Source: Methylovirgula sp.
GTDB lineage: Bacteria; Pseudomonadota; Alphaproteobacteria; Rhizobiales; Beijerinckiaceae
Assembly (NCBI GenBank): GCA_030040215.1
Contig: JASHUD010000051.1
Coordinates: forward strand, 1 to 36,112
Length of the DNA: 36,112 bases
Direction: 5' to 3'
The position numbers were made by a program, and so were the translations under genes. This document shows, piece by piece, positions 8,797-18,407 of this stretch; positions within the stretch are counted from its first letter, which is position 1; each line of letters starts with the position of its first letter. Under the pieces are notes generated by a model. That model was not told the DNA's origin and did not search any database. It saw nothing but the letters and a program-made list of their open reading frames with translations.

Positions 8797-10269
8797 TCAG
8801 CCGGTCTCGGCGAGCAGCGAGAGCTGCGACTTCGTCTCGCCGCTCACGTCGGTGAGCGTAGTCGGATAATCGCCGGTGAAACAATGATCGGTGAATTGCG
8901 GGCGCGCCGCATCGCGGCCGGTCTCGCCCATCGCCCGGTAGAGCCCGTCGACGGACAGGAAGGCGAGCGTATCGCAGCCGATATAGCGGCGCATTTCCTC
9001 GACCGAATGCGTCGCCGCCAAGAGTTTGTCGCGCTCCGGCGTATCGATGCCGTAGTAATCGGGATGGGTGATCGGCGGCGAGGAGATGCGGAAATGCACC
9101 TCGCGGGCGCCGGCCTCGCGCATCATCCGCACGATCTTTAGCGAGGTCGTGCCGCGCACGATCGAATCGTCGATGAGCACGATCCGCTTGCCGGCGATGG
9201 CGGCGCGGTTGGCGTTGTGCTTGAGCCGCACGCCGAGTTCGCGCACGCTCTGGGTCGGCTGGATGAAGGTGCGGCCGATATAGTGATTGCGGACGATGCC
9301 GAGCTCGAAGGGAATTCCCGATTCCTGCGCAAAGCCGAGCGCCGCGGGAACGCCCGAATCCGGAACCGGAACGACGACGTCGGCATCGACCTTCGTTTCC
9401 CGCGCCAACTCGCTGCCCATGGCTTTGCGCACGTCGTAGACCGAGCGGCCGTGAACGATCGAATCGGGCCGCGCGAAATAGATGTACTCGAAAATGCACG
9501 GCCGCGACGGGCGTTTCGGAAACGGATGCAGGCTCTCGATCCCGCTTTCCGAAATCACCACGATCTCGCCGTTATCGACGTCGCGGACGAAATGCGCTCC
9601 GATGATATCGAGCGCGCAGGTTTCGGAGGCGAGGATGTAATGACCGTCGAGCTCGCCCAGCACCAGCGGCCGAATGCCGAGCGGATCGCGCGCCCCGATG
9701 AGCTTCTTGTGGGACAGCGCGACGAGCGAATAGGCACCCTCGATCTGCCGCAACGCTTCGATGAAACGCTCGATGACGCGCGCCCGCCGGCTCTTCGCCA
9801 CAAGGTGAAGAATGACTTCGGTATCCGTGGTCGATTGGAAAATCGCGCCCTCTTTCACGAGGTCGCGGCGCAAGGTCAGGCCGTTCGTCAGATTGCCGTT
9901 ATGGGCGATGGCGAAGCCGCCGGAACTCAGCTCCGAGAAAAGCGGCTGGACGTTGCGGAGAATCGTTTCGCCGGTCGTCGAATAGCGTACGTGGCCGATG
10001 GCCGAGCGGCCCGGCAGACGCTCGATCGTCGAAAGCTTCGAAAAATGTTCGCTGACCAAGCCGAGACGACGCTCGGAATTGAACCGATGCCCGTCGAAGG
10101 TGACGATGCCCGCCGCTTCCTGGCCGCGGTGCTGCAGTGCATGCAGTCCAAGCGCCGTGATCGTCGCCGCCGAGGGATGGTTGAAAATACCGAAGAGGCC
10201 GCATTCCTCGCGCAGCCGATCGGCATCCCAGTCGAACCTCTCCTCGCCCCGGAGAGCCTTGGCACCCAT
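8797..10269 (-). CDS. purF: amidophosphoribosyltransferase
   Basis: EECGLFG (propeptide plus N-terminal Cys), LQHRGQE, GHVRYST, HNGN, VLIDDSIVRGTT; exact start uncertain. Confidence 0.96.
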   Translation of the reverse strand: MGAKALRGEERFDWDADRLREECGLFGIFNHPSAATITALGLHALQHRGQEAAGIVTFDGHRFNSERRLGLVSEHFSKLSTIERLPGRSAIGHVRYSTTGETILRNVQPLFSELSSGGFAIAHNGNLTNGLTLRRDLVKEGAIFQSTTDTEVILHLVAKSRRARVIERFIEALRQIEGAYSLVALSHKKLIGARDPLGIRPLVLGELDGHYILASETCALDIIGAHFVRDVDNGEIVVISESGIESLHPFPKRPSRPCIFEYIYFARPDSIVHGRSVYDVRKAMGSELARETKVDADVVVPVPDSGVPAALGFAQESGIPFELGIVRNHYIGRTFIQPTQSVRELGVRLKHNANRAAIAGKRIVLIDDSIVRGTTSLKIVRMMREAGAREVHFRISSPPITHPDYYGIDTPERDKLLAATHSVEEMRRYIGCDTLAFLSVDGLYRAMGETGRDAARPQFTDHCFTGDYPTTLTDVSGETKSQLSLLAETG

Positions 10270-10488
10270 CGATTCGCTAGGACCGCAGCGCAAAGCCGCC
10301 TACCTTCCCGTGCCCTGCGCCAATGGCGCGGCAACCACCTTGGTTCACATAATAGCACACCCGCCGAATGCCAGGAATTTCCAGCCTTCCTCGAAAGTTA
10401 GGCCCAGAAATCCGCGGCCGCGGGCAAGCCATTGCCAATACAGGTAAATAAATGCAGAAACAAAGGCTTAGCGCCATGAGGCGAAAGC

Positions 10489-11193
10489 TCAGTTGGGCGG
10501 CGGAGCGGGCGGGGTAGCAGACGGCGCGGCTGGAGCCGGAGCGGTTGGCGCTGCTGGCGCTGGCGCCGGCGGCGCAGGGGGCGCCGCGGCGGTGTTGGGC
10601 GCTGCAGGCGGATTTGGCGCCGGCCCGGCGTTTCCCGGCGGCACGCCGACATCAGTGTCGGGCACCGCCTCCTCGCTTGCCCCTTTCGCCTTGCGCAATC
10701 GATTGAGCAGGCCCTCGGGGTCGTCCGGAAGCATTGCGATCAATCCGTCGCCGGTCGATTGCAGCATCGGTTTCATGCGCGCGTCCTTCACCCAGTCGGG
10801 TTGCGCCTTTTCGGGGACGAGCCAATTGAAGAACACGAACGCGATCACGCAGAGCAAAACGCCGCGCACGGCGCCAAACACAAACCCCAGCGAGCGGTCG
10901 AGCGGACCGACTTTCGAATCGAGAATCGCGTCGGAGATTTTCACGGTAATCACCGACACGACGATCAAGGTCACGAAGAAGACGATCGCCGCGGAGATGG
11001 CGAGCGCCACGGTATCTTTGCCGACGTAGGGCTTTACATAAGGCATCAGGTAGGGGTGAAAGTAGATGGCGGCAATGGCGGCCGCCGCCCAAGAAGCGAT
11101 GGCCAGAACCTCGCGCGTGAACCCCCGCACCATGGCAAGAACTGCCGAAATCAGGACGATGGCGATCACGCCGAGATCGAGATAGGAGGGCAT
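10489..11193 (-). CDS. cvpA: CvpA family (colicin V production) membrane protein
   Basis: AMVRGFTREVL, LDRSLGFVFGAVRG; Pro/Ala-rich tail; lies between radA and purF. Confidence 0.92.
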   Translation of the reverse strand: MPSYLDLGVIAIVLISAVLAMVRGFTREVLAIASWAAAAIAAIYFHPYLMPYVKPYVGKDTVALAISAAIVFFVTLIVVSVITVKISDAILDSKVGPLDRSLGFVFGAVRGVLLCVIAFVFFNWLVPEKAQPDWVKDARMKPMLQSTGDGLIAMLPDDPEGLLNRLRKAKGASEEAVPDTDVGVPPGNAGPAPNPPAAPNTAAAPPAPPAPAPAAPTAPAPAAPSATPPAPPPN

Positions 11194-11244
11194 AGACGGC
11201 CTCACGTGGATTTGGCAGCGTTATAGCGAAGCAATCCGGCGCCG

Positions 11245-12633
11245 TCACCTGCGGCCGGCGCTTGCCGGCCGCTCGGGAGACGCAATTAAGGCGACGAGAT
11301 CGGCGGCTTCAGGGCAGGATTTTGTCGCGATGTTCTCGGGGCACGTCTCTCTCGGCTCTTGATTCGCGGGCGGGACGATGGCGCGCGTAAATCCGAGCTT
11401 AGCGGCCTCTTTCAGACGGGCGATGGAATGCGCGACCGGCCGGATCGCGCCCGATAGTCCGATCTCGCCGAAGAAGACGCCATGCGGCGGCAGGCTCCGC
11501 CCGCTGAAGGAGGAAACGAGCGCCGCGGCGGCGGCGAGATCGGCGGCCGGTTCGTTGATGCGCAATCCGCCGGCGACGTTGAGATAGACGTCGTGCTGGC
11601 CGAGCCGCAGGCCGGCGCGCGCTTCGAGCACGGCGAGGATCATCGCGAGCCGGTTGGGATCGAAGCCGACGGCGGCGCGGCGCGGCATGCCCAAGGCACT
11701 TGGCGCGGTGAGCGCCTCGATTTCCGCGAGCAGCGGTCGAGTTCCCTCCATCCCGGCGAAGACTGCGATGCCCGGCGTCGCTTCGCCGTGGTGGGAGAGA
11801 AACAGCGCCGAAGGATTGGCGACTTCGACGAGCCCGCGCCCGGTCATCTCAAAGACGCCGATCTCGTTGCTCGGGCCGAACCGGTTTTTCAGGGTGCGCA
11901 GGATGCGGAAGTCGCGGCCGCCTTCGCCTTCGAAGGAGGTCACGGCGTCGACCATATGTTCGACGACGCGCGGACCGGCGATCTGTCCGTCCTTGGTCAC
12001 GTGGCCGACGAGAATGAGGCTCGCGCCCGTGGTCTTGGCGCAGCGGATCAATGCCTGCGCCGCGCCGCGCACTTGCGTGACCGTGCCCGCGGCGGCATCG
12101 ACCGTCTCGGTCCACATGGTCTGAATGGAATCGATGACGAGCAGGGCAGGGACGGGACCCTCGTGAAGCGTCGCGAGGATGTCTTCGACTTGCGTTTCGG
12201 CGGCGAATTCCACGCCGGTGCGGGTGAGCCCGAGACGCTCGGCGCGGAGCCGCACCTGATCGATGGCTTCTTCGCCGGAGATATAGACGACGCGGCGGTT
12301 TTGCGCGGCGAGCGCGCCGCAGACCTGGATGAGCAGCGTCGATTTGCCGATGCCCGGTTCGCCGCCGAGGAGCAGCACGGAGCCCGGCACGAAACCGCCG
12401 CCGAGCACCCGATCGAATTCGCCGATCCCTGTCGTGATGCGCGGCGGAGGAAGCGTCGCGGTGCCGAGGTCGGAGAGCGCGAAGACGCGACCCTTGCCGG
12501 CGCCGCGCGACGGCGCGCCGACCGTCTCCTCTACGAGCGAATTCCACGCGCCGCAGGAATCGCAGCGTCCCTGCCAACGCGGCGCCACCGCCCCGCAGCT
12601 TTGGCAGATGAAGGCCGTTCGTGTTTTTGCCAT
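11245..12633 (-). CDS. radA: DNA repair protein RadA/Sms
   Basis: Zn finger CQSC...CDSC, Walker A GEPGIGKST, KNRFG, Lon-like C-terminus. Confidence 0.97.
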   Translation of the reverse strand: MAKTRTAFICQSCGAVAPRWQGRCDSCGAWNSLVEETVGAPSRGAGKGRVFALSDLGTATLPPPRITTGIGEFDRVLGGGFVPGSVLLLGGEPGIGKSTLLIQVCGALAAQNRRVVYISGEEAIDQVRLRAERLGLTRTGVEFAAETQVEDILATLHEGPVPALLVIDSIQTMWTETVDAAAGTVTQVRGAAQALIRCAKTTGASLILVGHVTKDGQIAGPRVVEHMVDAVTSFEGEGGRDFRILRTLKNRFGPSNEIGVFEMTGRGLVEVANPSALFLSHHGEATPGIAVFAGMEGTRPLLAEIEALTAPSALGMPRRAAVGFDPNRLAMILAVLEARAGLRLGQHDVYLNVAGGLRINEPAADLAAAAALVSSFSGRSLPPHGVFFGEIGLSGAIRPVAHSIARLKEAAKLGFTRAIVPPANQEPRETCPENIATKSCPEAADLVALIASPERPASAGRR

Positions 12634-12646
12634 CGTTATCGATCTG

Positions 12647-12725
12647 CGTCATTGCGAGGGCGAAGCGACGAAGCAATCCAGGATGTCAAGAAAAACAGGA
12701 TTGCTTCGCTTCGCTCGCAATGACG
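12647..12725. repeat. CGTC-tagged REP-like palindromic repeat, copy 2
   Basis: CGTCATTGCGAGGGCGAAGCGACGAAGCAATCC-spacer-GGATTGCTTCGCTTCGCTCGCAATGACG. Confidence 0.88.
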
Positions 12726-12747
12726 AGCTAATTTTTTACCGCCACGA

Positions 12748-14256
12748 TTAGATCCGCGCCGGCAGATCTTCCTCGCGCGCCAGATTGGCAAACCGCGTCA
12801 CTTCCGCCTCGAAGGCGAGTTCGACCGTGCCGGTCGGCCCATGCCGCTGCTTGCCGATGATGATCTCGGCCTTGCCATGCACCTGTTCCATCTTCGACTG
12901 CCATTCGAGGAATTCTTCCGTCCCCTCGTGCGGCTGCTTGTTCTTCAAATAATATTCTTCGCGGAATATGAACATGACGACATCCGCATCTTGCTCGATC
13001 GAGCCCGATTCGCGCAAGTCGGAGAGCAGCGGACGCTTGTCGTCGCGTGCCTCGACTTGACGGGAAAGCTGCGAGAGCGCGAGGATTGGAACATTGAGCT
13101 CCTTGGCCAACGCTTTCAGTCCCGTCGTGATCTCGGTCAATTCCTGTACGCGATTGTCGCTGCGCGTCCTCGACGCAGAAAGCAGCTGAATATAATCGAC
13201 GACAAGCAGGTCGAGACCGCGCTGGCGCTTCAAACGGCGGGCGCGGGCGGCGAGCTGGGCGATCGAAATGCCGCCGGTCTGGTCGATGTAGAATGGAATG
13301 GTTTGCATCTCCCGTGCGGCCTGCGCGACGCGATGGAACTCGGGCTCCGAAATATCGCCGCGGCGGATCTTGTAGGAAGGCACGCCCGCCTGTTCGGAGA
13401 CGATGCGCGTCGCCAACTGCTCGGCTGACATTTCGAGCGAAAAGAAGCCGACCACGCCGCCGTTCACTGTCGCTTGCGTGCCGTCCGGCCGCGCCTCGAA
13501 TTCGTAGGCGCGCGCGATATTGAATGCGATATTGGTCGCAAGCGCGGATTTACCCATCGCCGGGCGCCCGGCGATGATGACGAGGTCCGAGGCTTGAAGT
13601 CCGCCGAGCATCTTGTCGAGGTCGCTCATCCCGGTCGCCAGACCCGAGAGGCGTCCGTCGCGCTCCCAGGCCTTGGCCGCCATATCGACGGCGGTCGCCA
13701 AAGCGTCGGAGAAGCGGTGGAAGCCACCTTCATAGCGGCCGGTCTCGGCGACCGAATAGAGCTTGCGTTCCGCCTCTTCGATCTGGTCGCGCGGTGAGGC
13801 CGCGATCGGCGCGTCATAGGCGCCGTTGACGATATCCTCGCCGATGACGATGAGATCGCGGCGTACCGCAAGATCGTGGATCGTGCGGCCGTAATCGGCG
13901 GCATTGATGATGGTCGTCGCTTCCGCCGCGAGCCGGGCGAGATATTGGGCGATCGTGACGCCGCCCAGATCGTGTTCGCCGAGGAAGGTTTTGAGGGTGA
14001 TCGGGGTCGCCAGCTTGCCGGCGCGGATCAGCTGCGCGGCGACGTCGTAGATGCGCCGGTGCAGCTCCTCCGAGAAGTGCTGTGCCTGCAGAAAGTCGGA
14101 GACGCGGTCGAAGGCGTCGTTGTTGACGAGGATCGCGCCGAGCAACGCCTGTTCGGCCTCGATATTGTGGGGAGGCTCGCGAAAGCCCAGCTCTCCGGCG
14201 CGCGGCGGCGCGGCGGCGAGTGCGGTCGATGCGGGAAAACGTTCCGTTGCCGGCAT
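12748..14256 (-). CDS. dnaB: replicative DNA helicase
   Basis: EAEQALLG, AGRPAMGKS, FFSLEMS, DYIQL, LSQLSR, DLRESGSIEQDAD, KQRHGP; no intein-sized insertion. Confidence 0.97.
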   Translation of the reverse strand: MPATERFPASTALAAAPPRAGELGFREPPHNIEAEQALLGAILVNNDAFDRVSDFLQAQHFSEELHRRIYDVAAQLIRAGKLATPITLKTFLGEHDLGGVTIAQYLARLAAEATTIINAADYGRTIHDLAVRRDLIVIGEDIVNGAYDAPIAASPRDQIEEAERKLYSVAETGRYEGGFHRFSDALATAVDMAAKAWERDGRLSGLATGMSDLDKMLGGLQASDLVIIAGRPAMGKSALATNIAFNIARAYEFEARPDGTQATVNGGVVGFFSLEMSAEQLATRIVSEQAGVPSYKIRRGDISEPEFHRVAQAAREMQTIPFYIDQTGGISIAQLAARARRLKRQRGLDLLVVDYIQLLSASRTRSDNRVQELTEITTGLKALAKELNVPILALSQLSRQVEARDDKRPLLSDLRESGSIEQDADVVMFIFREEYYLKNKQPHEGTEEFLEWQSKMEQVHGKAEIIIGKQRHGPTGTVELAFEAEVTRFANLAREEDLPARI

Positions 14257-14488
14257 GTTGGTAGGCGAATCTCACTTCACCCAAGGGAAGCGCTCTTCTT
14301 GCATGTGCTGCGCGGGAAAGGGAGGAAAATATAGGGGCGGCCGGCGGCGTTCACGAAATCCACAAGCGGGGAATTTTTCGGGCCGTGGCGCGGCGCGACC
14401 TGGACTTTGCGAACGCTTTGATCTCCGGCGCGGTTCAGCCGCGCGCAAGGCTTGGCTGCGACGTTGGATGGCAAGGCGGGGCGGTGGA

Positions 14489-15052
14489 CTAAGCCTCCTC
14501 GCCGCTCGCCTCGGCCAGCGCCGCGCCGACCTCGAGGCCGAGCTCCTCGGCCGAGGCTTCCGGCGCGATGCTGATCGTCTCGCCCTTGGCCTGGCGTTCC
14601 GCCTCTTCGGGCGAGCGCGCGACGTTGATGGTAACGGCGCATTCGACCTCGGGATGGAGGCGGACGGGCGCCTCATGCAGGCCGAGCGTCTTGATCGGCG
14701 CCTTGAGTGCGATCTGCTCGCGGCTCGTATGGAACCCGCCGGCGCTCACCGCCTCGGCGATGTCGCGTGCCGACACGGAACCGTAGAGGTGCCCCGTCTC
14801 GCCCGCCTGGCGAATGATGACGAAGCTTTGGCCGCCAAGCTTCGCGGCGACGGCTGCGGCCTCCCCCTTGCGCTCCAGATTGCGCGCTTCGAGCTCGACT
14901 CGCTGCTCGTCGAAGCGTTTCTTGTTGGCCTCGGTCGCGCGCAGCGCCTTGCCGGTCGGCAAGAGGAAATTGCGAGCGTAGCCGTTCTTGACGCGCACCG
15001 TGTCGCCCATCTGTCCGAGCCTGGCGATGCGTTGCAGCAAAATGACTTCCAT
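14489..15052 (-). CDS. rplI: 50S ribosomal protein L9
   Basis: [37 protein letters not shown]. Confidence 0.97.
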   Translation of the reverse strand: MEVILLQRIARLGQMGDTVRVKNGYARNFLLPTGKALRATEANKKRFDEQRVELEARNLERKGEAAAVAAKLGGQSFVIIRQAGETGHLYGSVSARDIAEAVSAGGFHTSREQIALKAPIKTLGLHEAPVRLHPEVECAVTINVARSPEEAERQAKGETISIAPEASAEELGLEVGAALAEASGEEA

Positions 15053-15065
15053 GCGTCCAATCCTT

Positions 15066-16118
15066 TTAGCTATGGGAGGCCGCGGCTTTGCGGTCGCGCA
15101 GGCCGAAAGCCGCCTCGATAAGACCGACGAGCGTGAAGGCAACGAGCGGCCAAGGCATGAGCAGCGCCAGCACGACGTAAAGCGCGCAAAGCATGGCGCT
15201 GCGGAATTTCGCGCCGCGCGACAGATCGTGGATCACGCACAATCCTTGCAGGGCGAAGAGGATGGCGAGCACCGCCGCCGCCTCGCTGGCGATCACGCCG
15301 GCGACGCCGCCGAGCAGGCAAAATGCGACGGACGCCGCGAACGCGATGCCCAGCAGACGCGGCACGCGCAGTTCATGTGCGATATCGGGCCACGGCCGCG
15401 TCAGCCGGTTCGAGACCTGCACGATACGCGCCGCCAGCCACAGATTGAACAGCAGCGCCACGAAAATCATCGAAGCGGTGAGCGGCGGCATCGCGCGAAT
15501 TACCAGATGCGCGAGCGAAAGAAGATCGACGCCGTTGGGCAGCTCATAAGAGCCGAGCGCCTGGACGAGGAAGGGGGCGATCTTTGCCGCGGCTTTGTCG
15601 AGAGCCGCGTCGAAATTGACTTGCCCAAGACTTGCCGCGAGCGTCGCAAAGCCCACGATCGCGAAACCGATCAGCGCCGCCTGCAGGACGATGCCGCCCA
15701 ACGGATAATAATCGCGCGTCTTGCCGCTTTCGTTGCGCCGCGCGCTCCAAGGCAGCGCCGGATCGCTCCTATTGAAGCCCGCGAGGTGCGCGAGCCACCA
15801 GGCGGGAAGCGCTTGGCATGCGGCGAAGACGAGGCCGCCGAGCCCCGCCGTGAGGCCCGCGTCGACAAAGCCGCTCTGCGGAATTGCCGTCGCCGTCATC
15901 AGGGCGACGAAGGTGAGAACCGCGATCGCGACGGCGCCAAGACCCGTCATGTGTCCGAAGCCGAGCGTCGCGATCATCAGCGGCAACGGCGACAGCGAAG
16001 CGAGAAACAAGGCCGGCCACGTGCCCTGCCGCAGCAGGCCGACGAGAAGCAGCGTCGCCGCAAGCCCGCTGCCGAGCGCGATCGGTACCCGCAAGTCGGA
16101 ATTTTGTTTGTTCACCAT
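15066..16118 (-). CDS. DUF2232/YybS-like polytopic membrane protein
   Basis: Many TM segments, [21 protein letters not shown]; conserved position between rpsR and rplI. Confidence 0.82.
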   Translation of the reverse strand: MVNKQNSDLRVPIALGSGLAATLLLVGLLRQGTWPALFLASLSPLPLMIATLGFGHMTGLGAVAIAVLTFVALMTATAIPQSGFVDAGLTAGLGGLVFAACQALPAWWLAHLAGFNRSDPALPWSARRNESGKTRDYYPLGGIVLQAALIGFAIVGFATLAASLGQVNFDAALDKAAAKIAPFLVQALGSYELPNGVDLLSLAHLVIRAMPPLTASMIFVALLFNLWLAARIVQVSNRLTRPWPDIAHELRVPRLLGIAFAASVAFCLLGGVAGVIASEAAAVLAILFALQGLCVIHDLSRGAKFRSAMLCALYVVLALLMPWPLVAFTLVGLIEAAFGLRDRKAAASHS

Positions 16119-16216
16119 CGCCGAGCTGTCCCGCCAATGCGGTTAGGGATCCCGTCCCAACCGAACCGCCGCAAGCCGGCGATCCTTTTATCTGCGAATT
16201 CCAAGGCAGCGAGATC

Positions 16217-16462
16217 TCAGCGGATCAAATAGGGCAGGAGCCCCAAAAACCGCGCCCGCTTGATCGCCTTCGCCAATTCCCGCTGCTTCTTAGCAGAGAC
16301 GGCGGTGATGCGCGAGGGCACGATCTTGCCGCGCTCGGAAATGTAACGGGAGAGGAGCCGCGTATCCTTGTAATCGATCTTCGGCGCATTCGGGCCGGAG
16401 AACGGGCAGGTCTTGCGGCGGCGGAAGAAGGGCCGGCGGGCCGGCGCTGCGAGCGAAGCCAT
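16217..16462 (-). CDS. rpsR: 30S ribosomal protein S18
   Basis: IDYKD...[12 protein letters not shown]...[13 protein letters not shown]. Confidence 0.98.
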   Translation of the reverse strand: MASLAAPARRPFFRRRKTCPFSGPNAPKIDYKDTRLLSRYISERGKIVPSRITAVSAKKQRELAKAIKRARFLGLLPYLIR

Positions 16463-16908
16463 CAGAACGCTCCTTCTTCGCTCATGTTCGACTCATCGCG
16501 ACGCCGCGGGCCGCGCTCGGAGCGGCTACGGCGTTCTCCGCGTTCTCCACGTTCTCCGCGCTCGCCCCGTTCGCGGTCGTCGTCGTCGCGCTTGCGCATC
16601 ATCGCCGACGGACCCTGCTCCAATTCCTCGACGCGCAGCGTCAAGAAACGCAGCACGTCTTCGTTGATGCGCATCTGCCGTTCCATCTCGGCGACCGCGC
16701 TTGCCGACGCGTCGAGGTTAAACAGCGTGAAATGCGCCTTGCGGTTCTTGTTGATGCGGTAGGCAAGGGACTTGACGCCCCAATATTCAATCTTCTCGAC
16801 CTTGCCGCTATGCTGTTCGATGATCGCTTTGAACTGCTCGCTCAGGGCTTCCACCTGTTGGGCGGATACGTCCTGGCGCGCCAGATAGACATGCTCGTAG
16901 AGAGCCAT
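16462..16908 (-). CDS. rpsF: 30S ribosomal protein S6
   Basis: [32 protein letters not shown]; Arg/Glu-rich tail. Confidence 0.97.
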   Translation of the reverse strand: MALYEHVYLARQDVSAQQVEALSEQFKAIIEQHSGKVEKIEYWGVKSLAYRINKNRKAHFTLFNLDASASAVAEMERQMRINEDVLRFLTLRVEELEQGPSAMMRKRDDDDRERGERGERGERGERRSRSERGPRRRDESNMSEEGAF

Positions 16909-17088
16909 GTTCGTGCCTTTCCTTTCTGCGCGCGGCTCGGCGCAAAGCCCTTCGAGCCCGGGAAAGGCTCGAACGAACGAAGGCGGAGACACGGGAAGAC
17001 GGGAAACCCTGCGCGCCGGGATCGGGGATCGTTGCGCGCCTTCCGTTCAGCCCCCGGCCGAAGCCGCAGAGCAAGCCAAAACTTGCGA
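16909..17088 (-). promoter_or_regulatory. structured rpsF 5' leader, candidate S6:S18 autoregulatory RNA
   Basis: Sense strand GAAC-G-GAAGGCG pairs with CGCCTTC-GTTC, with CCG motifs at the 3' arm; second hairpin TTCGAGCC/GGCTCGAA. Confidence 0.5.
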
Positions 17089-17094
17089 GGGCGC

Positions 17095-17122
17095 GTTATA
17101 CGTGGAAATGGCGCGAAATCAA
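17095..17122 (-). promoter_or_regulatory. putative sigma70 promoter of the rpsF operon
   Basis: TTGATT-N16-TATAAC on the minus strand. Confidence 0.55.
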
Positions 17123-17165
17123 GGATGCGATCGCGCCCGATCAGCCGATCGTGAAAGCGGTCCTT

Positions 17166-17195
17166 TTGACGCGCCGGCACATTGGCGAATATGCT
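17166..17195 (+). promoter_or_regulatory. putative sigma70 promoter for the small ORF at 17236
   Basis: TTGACG-N18-TATGCT. Confidence 0.45.
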
Positions 17196-17235
17196 CGCCG
17201 AATATGCCGGTATCCCAACCGATTGCGGGAATCGC

Positions 17236-17496
17236 ATGCTGGAAAGGCTCGTTCTTGTATGGGCCCTGTGCGGCCTCTGCGGCGTGGCCCACGCCGGGGA
17301 CGCGGGGGCGAGCCCGCCTGGCTCGGCGCTTGATTATCCGTCGGCACCCGGCACTTCGCCCGACGCCGGCAGCCGCAACGCCGGCAGCGGAGCGCAACAT
17401 GCTGGCGCCCCGTCCGCCGACGTGGATATCAACGGCGTGCACATGAGCCTGCACATGATGGGCGGTGCATACGTCGGCGGCGCGATCCGGCCTTAG
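17236..17496 (+). CDS. small hypothetical exported protein (86 aa)
   Basis: Signal peptide MLERLVLVWALCGLCGVAHA|, low-complexity linker, short amphipathic C-terminus; upstream promoter-like motif. Confidence 0.6.
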   Translation: MLERLVLVWALCGLCGVAHAGDAGASPPGSALDYPSAPGTSPDAGSRNAGSGAQHAGAPSADVDINGVHMSLHMMGGAYVGGAIRP

Positions 17497-17735
17497 TCGA
17501 CGTCCGACTTGCCCATACCGCCGGCGCCTTTCATGCAGGCCTTGCGGAACTTTTTGCGCGCCGCGCCGTGCAGGCCCTTCGCATCGGCCTCTTTGGAACA
17601 TTCGATGGATTGCGGGGAATGCGTCTTTGCCATCGGCTTGGAGGTGGTTGCGGGCGCGTTCTGCGCCAATGCCGGTCCGCTCAAGCTTAAGCCGCTAATG
17701 ATCGCAATGAGGGCAAGTTTCGATACGTGGTTCAT
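17493..17735 (-). CDS. PsiF-repeat family small periplasmic protein
   Basis: Signal peptide ...PALA|Q, then CSKEADAKGLHGAARKKFRKAC; AGGAGGAG RBS. Confidence 0.8.
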   Translation of the reverse strand: MNHVSKLALIAIISGLSLSGPALAQNAPATTSKPMAKTHSPQSIECSKEADAKGLHGAARKKFRKACMKGAGGMGKSDVD

Positions 17736-17826
17736 GGACGTTCTCCTCCTGATGCGGCCGCGCGTATAGCTTCCGTTTTGGGTACTATTATGCCACGCGG
17801 GCCCGTCGTTTACTCCCGTGCGCACT

Positions 17827-18240
17827 TCAGACGTAAGGACCCCATTCGCCGCTGGCGTGGATGCGCCAGGATTTCATCCCTGCCTTAGCTACCACGATGC
17901 GGCCGCTCTTGGCCACGGAGACAAGGTGCTGGAACACGAGCGGCGTGCGCCAAGCAAGAGGTTTGTCGGGATCGCAGACGGCGCGGTATTCGTTGCATTC
18001 CTCGTCTTCCATCAGAATGGTTCCGACGCGGTCGGGCCGCAGCTTTGCGCCCATGTTACGATCATTCTTCCAGAGACACTCGAATTCGCGGCAAACGTTG
18101 GGCCGCTGCTCGTAGATCCGGCAGCCGCCGCCCACGATGCAATTCTTGCAGGCCGGGCCCGCGGGCTTTTCCAATTCTTCGATCTCGAGCACTTTGCAGC
18201 ACATGCTGCAGGCCCCGCAGGCCTTTCCCGGAATGTCCAT
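17827..18240 (-). CDS. YkgJ-like CxxCxxCC cysteine-cluster (Zn/Fe-chelating) protein
   Basis: CGACSMCC, C..C, GCRIYEQRPNVCREFECLW. Confidence 0.82.
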   Translation of the reverse strand: MDIPGKACGACSMCCKVLEIEELEKPAGPACKNCIVGGGCRIYEQRPNVCREFECLWKNDRNMGAKLRPDRVGTILMEDEECNEYRAVCDPDKPLAWRTPLVFQHLVSVAKSGRIVVAKAGMKSWRIHASGEWGPYV

Positions 18241-18407
18241 GCTCCGCGTGCTCCGTATCTATGCCAACGTTTTCAATCGTGCCTGAGGACCCGGCGTCAA
18301 GGCAATCGAAATCGACATGAGTTCGAAGCAAACTACGGGCCGCTTGACAGATCGGCCGCCGCAATGCCACTCGCACCAATCCGAATTGCCGGTCGCGAAG
18401 GCGGGGT

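Noticed and set aside
10492-10650. Pro/Ala-rich repeats at the CvpA C-terminus
   Set aside because: Low-complexity tails are ordinary in alphaproteobacterial CvpA
3382-12725. The two palindromic repeats as CRISPR repeats or ends of a composite element
   Set aside because: Only two copies 9 kb apart, no spacer array, no cas or transposase genes; the enclosed genes are core housekeeping
14356-14364. DnaA-box-like AAATCCACA upstream of dnaB
   Set aside because: Single site with two mismatches to TTATCCACA; not distinguishable from chance
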